In this document: positions 38,159 through 46,416 of the stretch, piece after piece
Position numbering within the stretch: position 1 is the stretch's first letter
Layout of the letters: each line of letters opens with the position of its first letter
Source: Gammaproteobacteria bacterium
GTDB taxonomy: Bacteria; Pseudomonadota; Gammaproteobacteria; GCA-001735895
Assembly: GCA_050288105.1 (NCBI GenBank)
Contig: JBNKDE010000015.1
Span: 27,496 to 91,495 of the forward strand
Length of the DNA stretch: 64,000 nt
Direction of reading: 5' to 3'
Notes under the pieces: model-generated
What the model saw: the letters and a program-made list of their open reading frames with translations, nothing else
Told to the model about the DNA's origin: nothing
Database searches by the model: none
Translations under genes and position numbers: made by a program

Positions 38159-39331
38159 TCAGGGACACTGTGCATGCATAGGGACATTACCGAAGGGGTC
38201 ACTTAAGTCTGGGTTACAGATAAAATCCCAATCCGTCAGGGCGTCAAAAAATGCCAGCATGTCGAGCTTTTCCTGTTCGGTTAGCAAGAACCCCTGTAAC
38301 AGGCTGGACTGATATGGATTCTGTGCACCATCGCCAGCATAGGGGCCGCTGGTAATCAACCGACCCCCTCTCGCATAATTATCGACCAGTACACTTTCCA
38401 GAGTATCAAAGCTGCCATCATGCATATAGGGCGCTGTTAAGGCGACATTACGCAGGGTAGGTGCACGGAATTTCCCCATGTCCTCGGCCTTCTGGGTGAA
38501 TTCCCACAGGCCGGTATTATTTAGCGGATAAGCCCCGGTGCCACCGATATTGTAAATGCCATTATTCTGGAACTCGATCTGGGTGAATTGCGAGCCTTCA
38601 TGGTCTACAGTCTGGCTGAAGTTAAATCCACCGTGGCAGTGAAAACATTCCAGTCGTTCACTAAAGAATAATTCCATACCATTTTTAGCCGAGGCCGTTA
38701 ACGCGCTTGTGTCCCCACGACTAAAACGATCGAATGGTGCATTGCCTGAAATGAGCGTGCGCTCAAAGCTGGCGATCGCTTTTTCGATATTGGGGATATT
38801 TATCGGGTCAGGGTCATCCGGAAATGCTGCAGTAAACAGTTGCTGGTAACTGCTATCGTTGATAAAGCGTTGCAACAGGGTGTCTTCATTGTCCGCCCAG
38901 CCCAGTTCGATTGGGGTTTCGTTAAACAGAACACCGGATGCCTGCCCCTCCAGAGTTACAAAGTTGGGATTAGCCCAGTTGAACACTGAGTTATAGGCAA
39001 CATTGGTCAGGGTCAGTGAATTGCGTGGGTGTATCTGGTCTACCGTGACCCCGACCGCGGTTTCGAGATTATCGGTAAAGCCACGACGCTGTTCATGACA
39101 GTCACCACAGGATTTGGTCTGGGTGATTGACATGCGACGGTCATAAAATAAAAAACGTCCGAGTTCGACGCGCGCATCAGACATGGGGTTGTCTGCAGGC
39201 ACTCTGGGTACTGGGAAATCAGATGGTAATTTCCACTGATAGCTGGTTTCGGTGCTGTCACTGCCACCACCGCAACCCTGAATTAACACACTGCATGTTA
39301 ACAATAGTGGTAAGGTTATTTTCTGGAACAT
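38159..39331 (-). CDS. mbnH: MbnH-type di-heme cytochrome c peroxidase/MauG family lipoprotein
   Basis: W.LP..FP.PRVPADNPM...VELGR.LFYD, CGDCH and CFHCH heme motifs, WANP, KFRAPTLRNVALTAPYMHDGS, LSDPF; adjacent to mbnP. Confidence 0.9.
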   Translation of the reverse strand: MFQKITLPLLLTCSVLIQGCGGGSDSTETSYQWKLPSDFPVPRVPADNPMSDARVELGRFLFYDRRMSITQTKSCGDCHEQRRGFTDNLETAVGVTVDQIHPRNSLTLTNVAYNSVFNWANPNFVTLEGQASGVLFNETPIELGWADNEDTLLQRFINDSSYQQLFTAAFPDDPDPINIPNIEKAIASFERTLISGNAPFDRFSRGDTSALTASAKNGMELFFSERLECFHCHGGFNFSQTVDHEGSQFTQIEFQNNGIYNIGGTGAYPLNNTGLWEFTQKAEDMGKFRAPTLRNVALTAPYMHDGSFDTLESVLVDNYARGGRLITSGPYAGDGAQNPYQSSLLQGFLLTEQEKLDMLAFFDALTDWDFICNPDLSDPFGNVPMHAQCP

Positions 39332-39404
39332 AAGGTTTCACCCGGTTAATTCAGGCTTCCCTGCCTGATGTGATCTCCCTGTTTTTGATGTGACGAGGAT
39401 TGGT

Positions 39405-40298
39405 TTACATGGTTTCCAGACTGAACATGGCCTGCTGCTGTTTAGGGTAGCTGGTTTCGCTGGTTCCATCGTTATACACAAAGTCCAGACCCATACGAGG
39501 GAACAGGCCCTGGCACTCTGGATCATTGTTGCCCGACATACAACCAGCCGCAGTATTAGCAGTCACCTGTGTGATATCGGTACTCTGGAACAGGGATGCC
39601 AGATCTATAGATACCTGTTTGCTGTCGACGTCGAAAGCATCCAGACAGATTTGTGGCAGGTTTGCATAAGTACAGGCTGTGGTGGGGGCTTCTACTGCAG
39701 AGTTACTGACGCAGCCGGTGCTACCGAGGTGCAGGTTGAACTTGACTGCAGCACCACCAGGATCACCAACGCCGTCTATACGTACAAACTTGTGGCCCGA
39801 TTGCCACTTCCACATCATGCCGGAAGCATTCAGCGGTGATGGAGAGTCTGCACTATTTAAGTGATTCAGCTCGAAGGGTACTCCTACATCAAAACAGACT
39901 TCTGAAATAGTGCCGGAGTCTGGTGTCGTGAAATTACCGGTAATGCTGGTATTGGTTTCAGGGGTTGCGTAGGTTTCAAAATCCAGCAGTGCTACATTCT
40001 GGTACTGCCAGACACCATCCTGTTCCAGGGTTACTGGTACCTCTACCGCTGTGTCGGTTTTCAGAATCACATTGCTGATAAACATGCGAAAATCATCAAT
40101 TCTGAATTCACGGGTTGCTACACTTGAGCCTGCTCCAATATCGGAATAGGTGGTTTCACTTACAAAATCGTTGCTGCCTACTTTAGCCGAAAAGTTGATA
40201 GCAGCATTTTCGGTTTGTGGATCAGTACTGCTATTGCTGCATGCGCCGAGTACTGAAGATAGTGTAATGACCGCTAATGATAATCTTATATTTTTCAT
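39405..40298 (-). CDS. mbnP: MbnP-type periplasmic copper-binding lipoprotein
   Basis: Lipobox LGAC; DFRMFISNV, WQ..NVALLDFE, GVPFELNH, PLN..GMMWKWQSGHKF (WxW), HLGSTGC, GCMSG.NDPEC. Confidence 0.9.
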   Translation of the reverse strand: MKNIRLSLAVITLSSVLGACSNSSTDPQTENAAINFSAKVGSNDFVSETTYSDIGAGSSVATREFRIDDFRMFISNVILKTDTAVEVPVTLEQDGVWQYQNVALLDFETYATPETNTSITGNFTTPDSGTISEVCFDVGVPFELNHLNSADSPSPLNASGMMWKWQSGHKFVRIDGVGDPGGAAVKFNLHLGSTGCVSNSAVEAPTTACTYANLPQICLDAFDVDSKQVSIDLASLFQSTDITQVTANTAAGCMSGNNDPECQGLFPRMGLDFVYNDGTSETSYPKQQQAMFSLETM

Positions 40299-40354
40299 TG
40301 GTTACTCCATGGTTATAGATGAACCCATGTTAAAAATGCGGGCTTTATTTACAA

Positions 40355-40371
40355 TGCGACAAATTGCCGCA
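40355..40371. promoter_or_regulatory. RegR/RegA/PrrA(RoxR)-type binding site
   Basis: Minus strand TGCGGCAATTTGTCGCA = GCGGC-N5-GTCGC, 57 bp upstream of the mbnP ATG. Confidence 0.7.
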
Positions 40372-41009
40372 CACAGCTTTTTGTAGATGGAAAACTAGCC
40401 TTTTTGGCGCTCAGGGTTTATCAAACATACGAGCTTTAAAAAAATCATCTATTGAGATTAAGCTTATGATTATTAATGAGTTATAGTTTTTTATTGGGAT
40501 TTATGCAGGTCTTAAATGCGTGCAATTCGTATCGATTTTTTACTGAAAACAGGCTTTACTAAACAGCCTGTTTTTTGTTTGAGATGAGGTGTCGTTCACA
40601 GATATAAGGCAGTAATTCTTATGTGGTAAAAAGGTGGCGGGGTGCAGTTTTTTGGTTAGAAATTCTGTCTACACATTTAGACTATTTAGTATGCGAAAAA
40701 ATCTACCATAGGTTGCAAAGTAGGCTTATTGAAATGACGGATGAATTAAGGGTGCTTTCTGGCTTTCGTCTGAAAATGCCGATCATTTTTTGCTAATGCA
40801 TCGACAGCTCACATAGCCCTGATGGCAGCTTTGCTGCAGGGTGCTGTATATGACACCGCATTGATAGCTGTTATTTTGAATAGGTATAATTTATAGACTT
40901 ATTCATCAATTGAATGACGGTTTTCTATATATTGGGTTCCATTCATTCAGGGCTAAAGCTATGCTTCGATGATTTTTCACTGGGGTGAATAGTTCGCCCG
41001 AACAGGTCT

Positions 41010-42683
41010 ATGAATATACAGGTCAGCGAACTCATCGTCAGGTTTCTCGAAAACCTGGGCATAGACACCATCTTTGGTATGCCAGGTGCGCATATATTGC
41101 CGGTATACGATCATCTTTATCGTTCTAAAATCAGGAGTGTGCTGGTTAAGCATGAGCAGGGCGCCGCTTTTATGGCAGGTGGTTATGCGCGTGCTACTGG
41201 TGGTATTGGAGCCTGTATCACAACCGCCGGGCCGGGTGCGAGCAATTTGGTGACCGGTATCGCTAATGCTTATGCCGATAAACAACCGGTGATTGCGATT
41301 ACCGGTGAAGCGCCGACCCATATCTTCGGCAAAGGTGGATTACAGGAAAGTTCAGGCGAGGGGGGAAGTGTCGACCAGACCGCGCTGTTTTCCGGTGTCA
41401 CGCGTTACCATAAGTTGATCGAGCGTACTGATTATCTGGCCAATGTATTAAACCAGGCTGCCAGGCAGTTAATGGCGGAAACACCGGGCCCGGTGGTACT
41501 AAGTATCCCGTTTAATGTGCAGAAAGAGCTGGTAGATGCCAGTTTGCTGGAGCAGCTACCCAGCCTGTCCCGTCCGCCCAAGAGGCATATTTCTCAATGT
41601 GATGTAGAGAAAAGCGTTGACCTGATCAAACAGGCTCAATTTCCTGTGATGGTTGTTGGCTATGGTTGTCTACAGTCGGAGGATGCCCGGCATGCATTAA
41701 AAAGCCTGAGCGAGAATTTAAATATTCCGGTGACCACCAGCCTTAAAGGAAAAGGTGCCATAGATGAACGCTCACCGCTATCGCTGGGAAGCCTGGGTGT
41801 GACCTCCGGTGGTTACGCTCTGCAGTATATCAAGCAAAAAGCGGATCTAATCATCCTGCTGGGTGCAGGATTTAATGAACGTACCAGCTATGTCTGGAAT
41901 ACTGATCTTACGGTTGATCGAAAAATTATACAGGTCGACCAGAGTGCGCAGCAGCTTGAAAAAGTGATCAGGGCAGATCTCGCAGTACAGTCTGATTTAA
42001 ATGCCTATCTACATGCGCTGGATAAAAGCTGCCGGGCCAATACTGTACAGGCAAAGGCATTGCCAGATCTAAAGCTTTTTAGAAAACAGATCGATGAACA
42101 GGCAAAAGTAGACGCTAGTGAAATTTTTGATGACAAGTTTGACCTGGTTAAGACCTTTTACGCGCTGCTGGATAATAGCTTTCCAGAAGGTCTGGTTATG
42201 TTTGATGACAATATTATTTTTGCGCAAAATTTTTATCGGGTGACTGATAAAGACCAGTTTTTTCCGAATACAGGCGTATCCTCTCTGGGGCACTCTATAC
42301 CTGCAGCTATAGGTGCAGGTTTTAAGGTAGACAGGCCTCTGTTTGCGATCATCGGAGATGGTGGGTTCCAGATGTGTGGTATGGAGATAATGACCGCAGT
42401 CAATTATGGTATCTCCCTTAATATCATTCTGTTCAACAATCAAACGTTGGGCCTCATTCGCAAGAATCAGCATCAACAGTATGATCATCGTTTTCTCAAT
42501 TGTGATTTTGAAAATCCGGATTTTGGATTACTGGCACAATCTTTTGGTATTAATTACTTTAGAATTGAAACGGTGCAGGATTGTGAGGACAGCTTTCAGC
42601 AGGTAAATTTTAATCAGGGCATTAACCTGATTGAACTGATCATAGAACGCGATGCCTATCCAAACTATTCATCGCGTCGATAA
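41010..42683 (+). CDS. Thiamine-diphosphate-dependent enzyme, acetolactate synthase large-subunit-like
   Basis: FGMPG, KHEQGAAFMA (catalytic Glu), TAGPGASN, GDGG-x24-NN ThDP motif; no ilvH/ilvN small subunit adjacent. Confidence 0.88.
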   Translation: MNIQVSELIVRFLENLGIDTIFGMPGAHILPVYDHLYRSKIRSVLVKHEQGAAFMAGGYARATGGIGACITTAGPGASNLVTGIANAYADKQPVIAITGEAPTHIFGKGGLQESSGEGGSVDQTALFSGVTRYHKLIERTDYLANVLNQAARQLMAETPGPVVLSIPFNVQKELVDASLLEQLPSLSRPPKRHISQCDVEKSVDLIKQAQFPVMVVGYGCLQSEDARHALKSLSENLNIPVTTSLKGKGAIDERSPLSLGSLGVTSGGYALQYIKQKADLIILLGAGFNERTSYVWNTDLTVDRKIIQVDQSAQQLEKVIRADLAVQSDLNAYLHALDKSCRANTVQAKALPDLKLFRKQIDEQAKVDASEIFDDKFDLVKTFYALLDNSFPEGLVMFDDNIIFAQNFYRVTDKDQFFPNTGVSSLGHSIPAAIGAGFKVDRPLFAIIGDGGFQMCGMEIMTAVNYGISLNIILFNNQTLGLIRKNQHQQYDHRFLNCDFENPDFGLLAQSFGINYFRIETVQDCEDSFQQVNFNQGINLIELIIERDAYPNYSSRR

Positions 42684-42687
42684 ATCC

Positions 42688-44517
42688 GTGTCAGCGATAG
42701 AAATTCGCCGTCTCACCGAGTATCTTAGCGAGTTTGCTACTGGCAATTCAAGGCTTGAATTAATCCGTGACCAGGTTCAGAAAATCAGGCTCGATGCAAT
42801 AGACTCTATACCGACACTGATTGCGCTGTATGACGAAGTTTACCCTGAACTGGAATATCAGCTTTGGTCCGCACAAGGTTTTGATCAGTTGCTGGATACT
42901 TACCAGTCGCTGTTTCGCGAACAGGAAACGCTGATCCAGATGACAGCTGAAGATAATCGCTACGATTTTATCATTGGCATCCCGATTGCTGACCGCCCCG
43001 AGCATCTGCGTTGCTGTCTGGAAAGTATTTACCAGCTCTGCCTCCTTTATTCCTATGGCGGCAGGCGTGGGGCACATTTCGCTAAAGTTCAGGTAGTGGT
43101 GGCAGAAGATAGCCGAGAAGCGCGATATATTCAGCAGGATATAGTGCTGTGTGAACACTATAGCAGCAAGGGATTGCGAGTCGTTCATTTTGCACAGGAT
43201 GAACAATATCAAATGCTACAGGCGATCCCTGAACAACAGCGCCAGCATCTAGCCTCTATACTGACGGCTCAGGGTAAAAAAGATTTTTCGCGCAAGGGGC
43301 AGGCAGCTATGCGTAACCTGAGTTATCTGAAAATGCTACAGCTGGCAAGGGATCCGCAGCGCACGCTGTTTTTTCCGGTGGATAGTGACCAGACGTTTCA
43401 GGTGAATGTCGTCACGGATCAGGGTGAACGAGTGCTTCCTGCACTGAATTACTTTTACGCAATCAATCGAATCTTTCAGCAAACTGATACCACGATGCTC
43501 ACGGGTAAACTGGTGGGTGATCCTCCAGTATCTCCAGCCGTGATGACAGCAAATTTTATACTGGATGTTACGCGTTTTATCGACCGCTTAAGTGAACTTG
43601 ATCCGCAGCATGAGTGTGCGTTTCACCAGCTTGATTTTTCGCTGGGACATGATGCGGCATATCATGATATGTCAGCATTATTTGGATTTAATAATCGAGA
43701 GGAGGGCTATGACTACCCCTGTCCATTGACTACCGAACATACGAACCTTCAATGCATGAATGAGTTTAGCGCACAGCTCAGTTACTTCTTTTCAGGTCAA
43801 CACCCGACTCGAAAAACACACTTCAAATTTGAAGCCCCGCTATTGCAGCTTGCGCCAGCGCGCACGATCTATCCAGGTAACTATATCGTTAATTTTGATG
43901 GGCTTAAGTATGTGATCCCGTTTGGTCACCTGCGATTAAGAATGTCAGGGCCCACCGCCGGTCGCCTGGTACAGGCAGAACTCGGTGACAGGTTTGCGAC
44001 GGTTAATCTGCCCATGCTACACACCCGCACCCAGCCAGGAGATGAAGAGAATTTTCGTCCAGGCGTGGAATCAGTTGCGGATCAGATTGATTTGTCCGAT
44101 GAGTTTGAACGCCAGTTTTTTGGCGACCTGATGCTATTTAGTGTTGCTGAGCTGGTCTCTGAAACTGACCTGAGAAGCAATCCAGATCGCTCGATAGTCG
44201 AACACACCCTGCAGCGGGTTCAGCGGGATTTGCTCGAGCAGTATCAGCAAAAACATGCGGAAGTCCTGCGACGTGTCGATGCCCTGGAGGGTAAGCTGAC
44301 TGATAACAGTCAATGGTGGCATCAAGATCCGAGTGCTTCTGAGGCTATACAATCACTAGAGCAGTTCTGTCGCAACGTCAGGTTTAACTTTGGCACCGAA
44401 TCGAAAGCCTATCGCCTGATTCATTCGCAACAGCATCGGGAGCAGCGCAGCCGACAAATAGCGGAGGCTCTGATGCAATATCCGCAGGCGCGTGATGCCT
44501 GGGATAGTCTGTTCTGA
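42688..44517 (+). CDS. Hypothetical protein with glycosyltransferase family 2 (GT-A)-like motifs
   Basis: IIGIPIADRPEHLRCCLESI, VVVAEDS, KGQAAMRNL, FFPVDSD (DxD). GTG at 42688 is 4 bp after the upstream stop; alternative ATG at 42652. Confidence 0.55.
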   Translation: MSAIEIRRLTEYLSEFATGNSRLELIRDQVQKIRLDAIDSIPTLIALYDEVYPELEYQLWSAQGFDQLLDTYQSLFREQETLIQMTAEDNRYDFIIGIPIADRPEHLRCCLESIYQLCLLYSYGGRRGAHFAKVQVVVAEDSREARYIQQDIVLCEHYSSKGLRVVHFAQDEQYQMLQAIPEQQRQHLASILTAQGKKDFSRKGQAAMRNLSYLKMLQLARDPQRTLFFPVDSDQTFQVNVVTDQGERVLPALNYFYAINRIFQQTDTTMLTGKLVGDPPVSPAVMTANFILDVTRFIDRLSELDPQHECAFHQLDFSLGHDAAYHDMSALFGFNNREEGYDYPCPLTTEHTNLQCMNEFSAQLSYFFSGQHPTRKTHFKFEAPLLQLAPARTIYPGNYIVNFDGLKYVIPFGHLRLRMSGPTAGRLVQAELGDRFATVNLPMLHTRTQPGDEENFRPGVESVADQIDLSDEFERQFFGDLMLFSVAELVSETDLRSNPDRSIVEHTLQRVQRDLLEQYQQKHAEVLRRVDALEGKLTDNSQWWHQDPSASEAIQSLEQFCRNVRFNFGTESKAYRLIHSQQHREQRSRQIAEALMQYPQARDAWDSLF

Positions 44518-44531
44518 TTATTCAGTGCCAG

Positions 44532-45152
44532 TTAGCACTGGTGTTTTGCCAGAAAGTCTTCGATGCTGAGACTACGAAAATCTTCCAGATGCTGTTTCAG
44601 GTCAGCATGACTCCAGTGCCACCACTGCAACTCTAATAGACGCGCTATGGTGGAGTCATTAAAGCGCTTGCGCATCGGTCTGGCGGGTACACCGCTGACG
44701 ATGGTAAAAGGTTCAACCGAGCGGGTGACTACAGCGCCAGACCCTACCACTGCACCATTCCCTATTTTCACCCCGCCCTGGATAATTGCACCATGGCCAA
44801 TCCAGACATCATGGCCTATATTGACTCTCAACTCTCGACGTTGCTGGAAAAAATTCTCATCCTGATTACCTAGCTCGAAATCATCGCTGCGATAAGTGAA
44901 ATGATGTAATGCCGGTTTCTGTAATGGGTGCTGGCCTGGGTTAATACGGGTATGTGCGGCTATGGAACAAAACTTACCAATATCACTGTAGATAATTTCA
45001 GAATCATTCACTACATAACTGTAGTCATCAAAGGTTGTTTCGACAACGTGGCTGCGCGCACCCACCTCGGTCCAGGCTCCAAAACTGCAGTCCTGTACAA
45101 ATGCATCTGGATGAATAAATGCACCATCTGCAGAAAGGTTTTTTTTGCTCAT
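44532..45152 (-). CDS. Hexapeptide-repeat acetyltransferase (CatB/Vat-like; phosphonate-metabolism-associated subfamily)
   Basis: DYSYV...[17 protein letters not shown]....[22 protein letters not shown]. Confidence 0.85.
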   Translation of the reverse strand: MSKKNLSADGAFIHPDAFVQDCSFGAWTEVGARSHVVETTFDDYSYVVNDSEIIYSDIGKFCSIAAHTRINPGQHPLQKPALHHFTYRSDDFELGNQDENFFQQRRELRVNIGHDVWIGHGAIIQGGVKIGNGAVVGSGAVVTRSVEPFTIVSGVPARPMRKRFNDSTIARLLELQWWHWSHADLKQHLEDFRSLSIEDFLAKHQC

Positions 45153-45302
45153 TTAGGAAATTCACTGAATAGGGACAGGCTATATTGACAACGGAATATT
45201 TCGAGATTTTTACAAAGTGCAGAATATTTACGGTACCCCGTTCGAAAAAATGGTGATTTGAGCGTTGAAGCCGAAAAAATGACGAATTTCGTTACGCTGG
45301 TA

Positions 45303-45316
45303 TTGATTGGTATCAA
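45303..45316. promoter_or_regulatory. Perfect FNR/ANR box TTGAT-TGGT-ATCAA
   Basis: Exact consensus, extended palindrome TATTGAT...ATCAATA, in a divergent intergenic region. Confidence 0.65.
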
Positions 45317-45418
45317 TAGTTTAATCATTTTCGCCTTGTAAAAATTTTGCTGTGTAGAATAATCATCTAGCCAGACAATAATGTATGGATCTAAAAATTC
45401 TTACCATGGAGTATAGTT

Positions 45419-45925
45419 ATGAAGAAGTTGCTATTTGGTCTTATCGTTTTAATCTTCCCACTCAGCGTATTTGCCAGTAATACCGGAGGCTATTATGCGC
45501 TGGGCGGTGGCATGTTAAGCTTTGATGACAGTGTAGACACCATTGAACCAAAACAGATTGTGGCCAGGGTCGGTTATGATTTTAATGAGTTTATTGGTTT
45601 AGGTTTTGAAGGGTCATTCTCGCTGATTACCGATGAGCTGCAAGGTGTTGATTTTGATGTGTTTACCTCTTTCATCTACCTGAAGCTCGGTGTGCCTCTC
45701 GGTGATTCAGCTCGCATTTATGCGATGTTTGGGTCAACAAACGTGGAGTTAACAGGTACCTATAATGATTATTCTGTCAGCACGGATGACGATGACACTG
45801 GAACCGGCTTTGGGATGGAGTTCAATCTGGATCAGGGTGCATTCTTTATAGACTATATTAAATACTATGAAGATAACGGCGTTGACGTTGGATCGGTGAA
45901 TATAGGGTATACCGCGCATTTTTAG
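45419..45925 (+). CDS. Small 8-stranded outer-membrane beta-barrel (OMP_b-brl/porin family)
   Basis: Signal peptide; VGYDFNEFIGLG.E, IYAMFG, GFGMEF; terminal GYTAHF. Confidence 0.82.
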   Translation: MKKLLFGLIVLIFPLSVFASNTGGYYALGGGMLSFDDSVDTIEPKQIVARVGYDFNEFIGLGFEGSFSLITDELQGVDFDVFTSFIYLKLGVPLGDSARIYAMFGSTNVELTGTYNDYSVSTDDDDTGTGFGMEFNLDQGAFFIDYIKYYEDNGVDVGSVNIGYTAHF

Positions 45926-46416
45926 CCAAAGTCGCTCAGCCTGGGACTGGCGTTTTGTGGTGCAGGGACGCACCAGCGTTATTAATCACTTTTAACTGAT
46001 TGAAAATGGGGAAACAGAAAATCCCACATTTCAGTTACTTACACTGAACAACCGTGAATGAATTTTTAAAGGCTTTCCTGAAAATCGTGCTTGTTCAGTA
46101 ACTCCCCTAAATGTCACCTGTACAGCAGGAGCCTCATAACCTAAAGCCGTGTGCTTGTCGTAACTAGCATGCTTTTATAATAGATGTTAAATCCCTGATC
46201 CTATCCTATGGTGGGTGTTTCCAGCGTCCGTGTTTTTTTGGAATAGATAGTAAAAACAAATCTCTTATCTAACAGCTTAAGAATACGCAGGCATGAATTC
46301 AGCGCGTTTAAACCTTTGTAATGACAAACTTTTGACTGATTACATCCCGGATCGTTTGGTCTAAACTCTATAAAATCAGCTGTGTAAGCCACACCGCGCC
46401 AGGCGAGGGAAGAAAA

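Noticed and set aside
39338-39526. 62-aa ORF between mbnP and mbnH as a precursor peptide
   Set aside because: It mostly overlaps mbnP in another frame and has no RBS or MbnA-like leader/core pattern.
36479-40298. Methanobactin biosynthetic cluster
   Set aside because: No mbnA precursor, mbnB, mbnC or mbnT is visible in the window.
41010-42683. Calling the ThDP enzyme ilvB/ilvI
   Set aside because: No small subunit or ilvC adjacent and the sequence diverges from typical AHAS motifs; only the family-level call is supported.
41010-45152. Phosphonate biosynthesis cluster (ThDP enzyme + phn-associated acetyltransferase)
   Set aside because: No pepM; the ThDP enzyme is a full-length ALS-like protein rather than phosphonopyruvate decarboxylase; the acetyltransferase is convergent.
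45958-45980. c-di-GMP-I riboswitch (GGGACGCA motif) upstream of the hybrid kinase
   Set aside because: It lacks the GGCAAAC/GAAA P2 and downstream P3 elements; it is a simple hairpin after the OMP gene.
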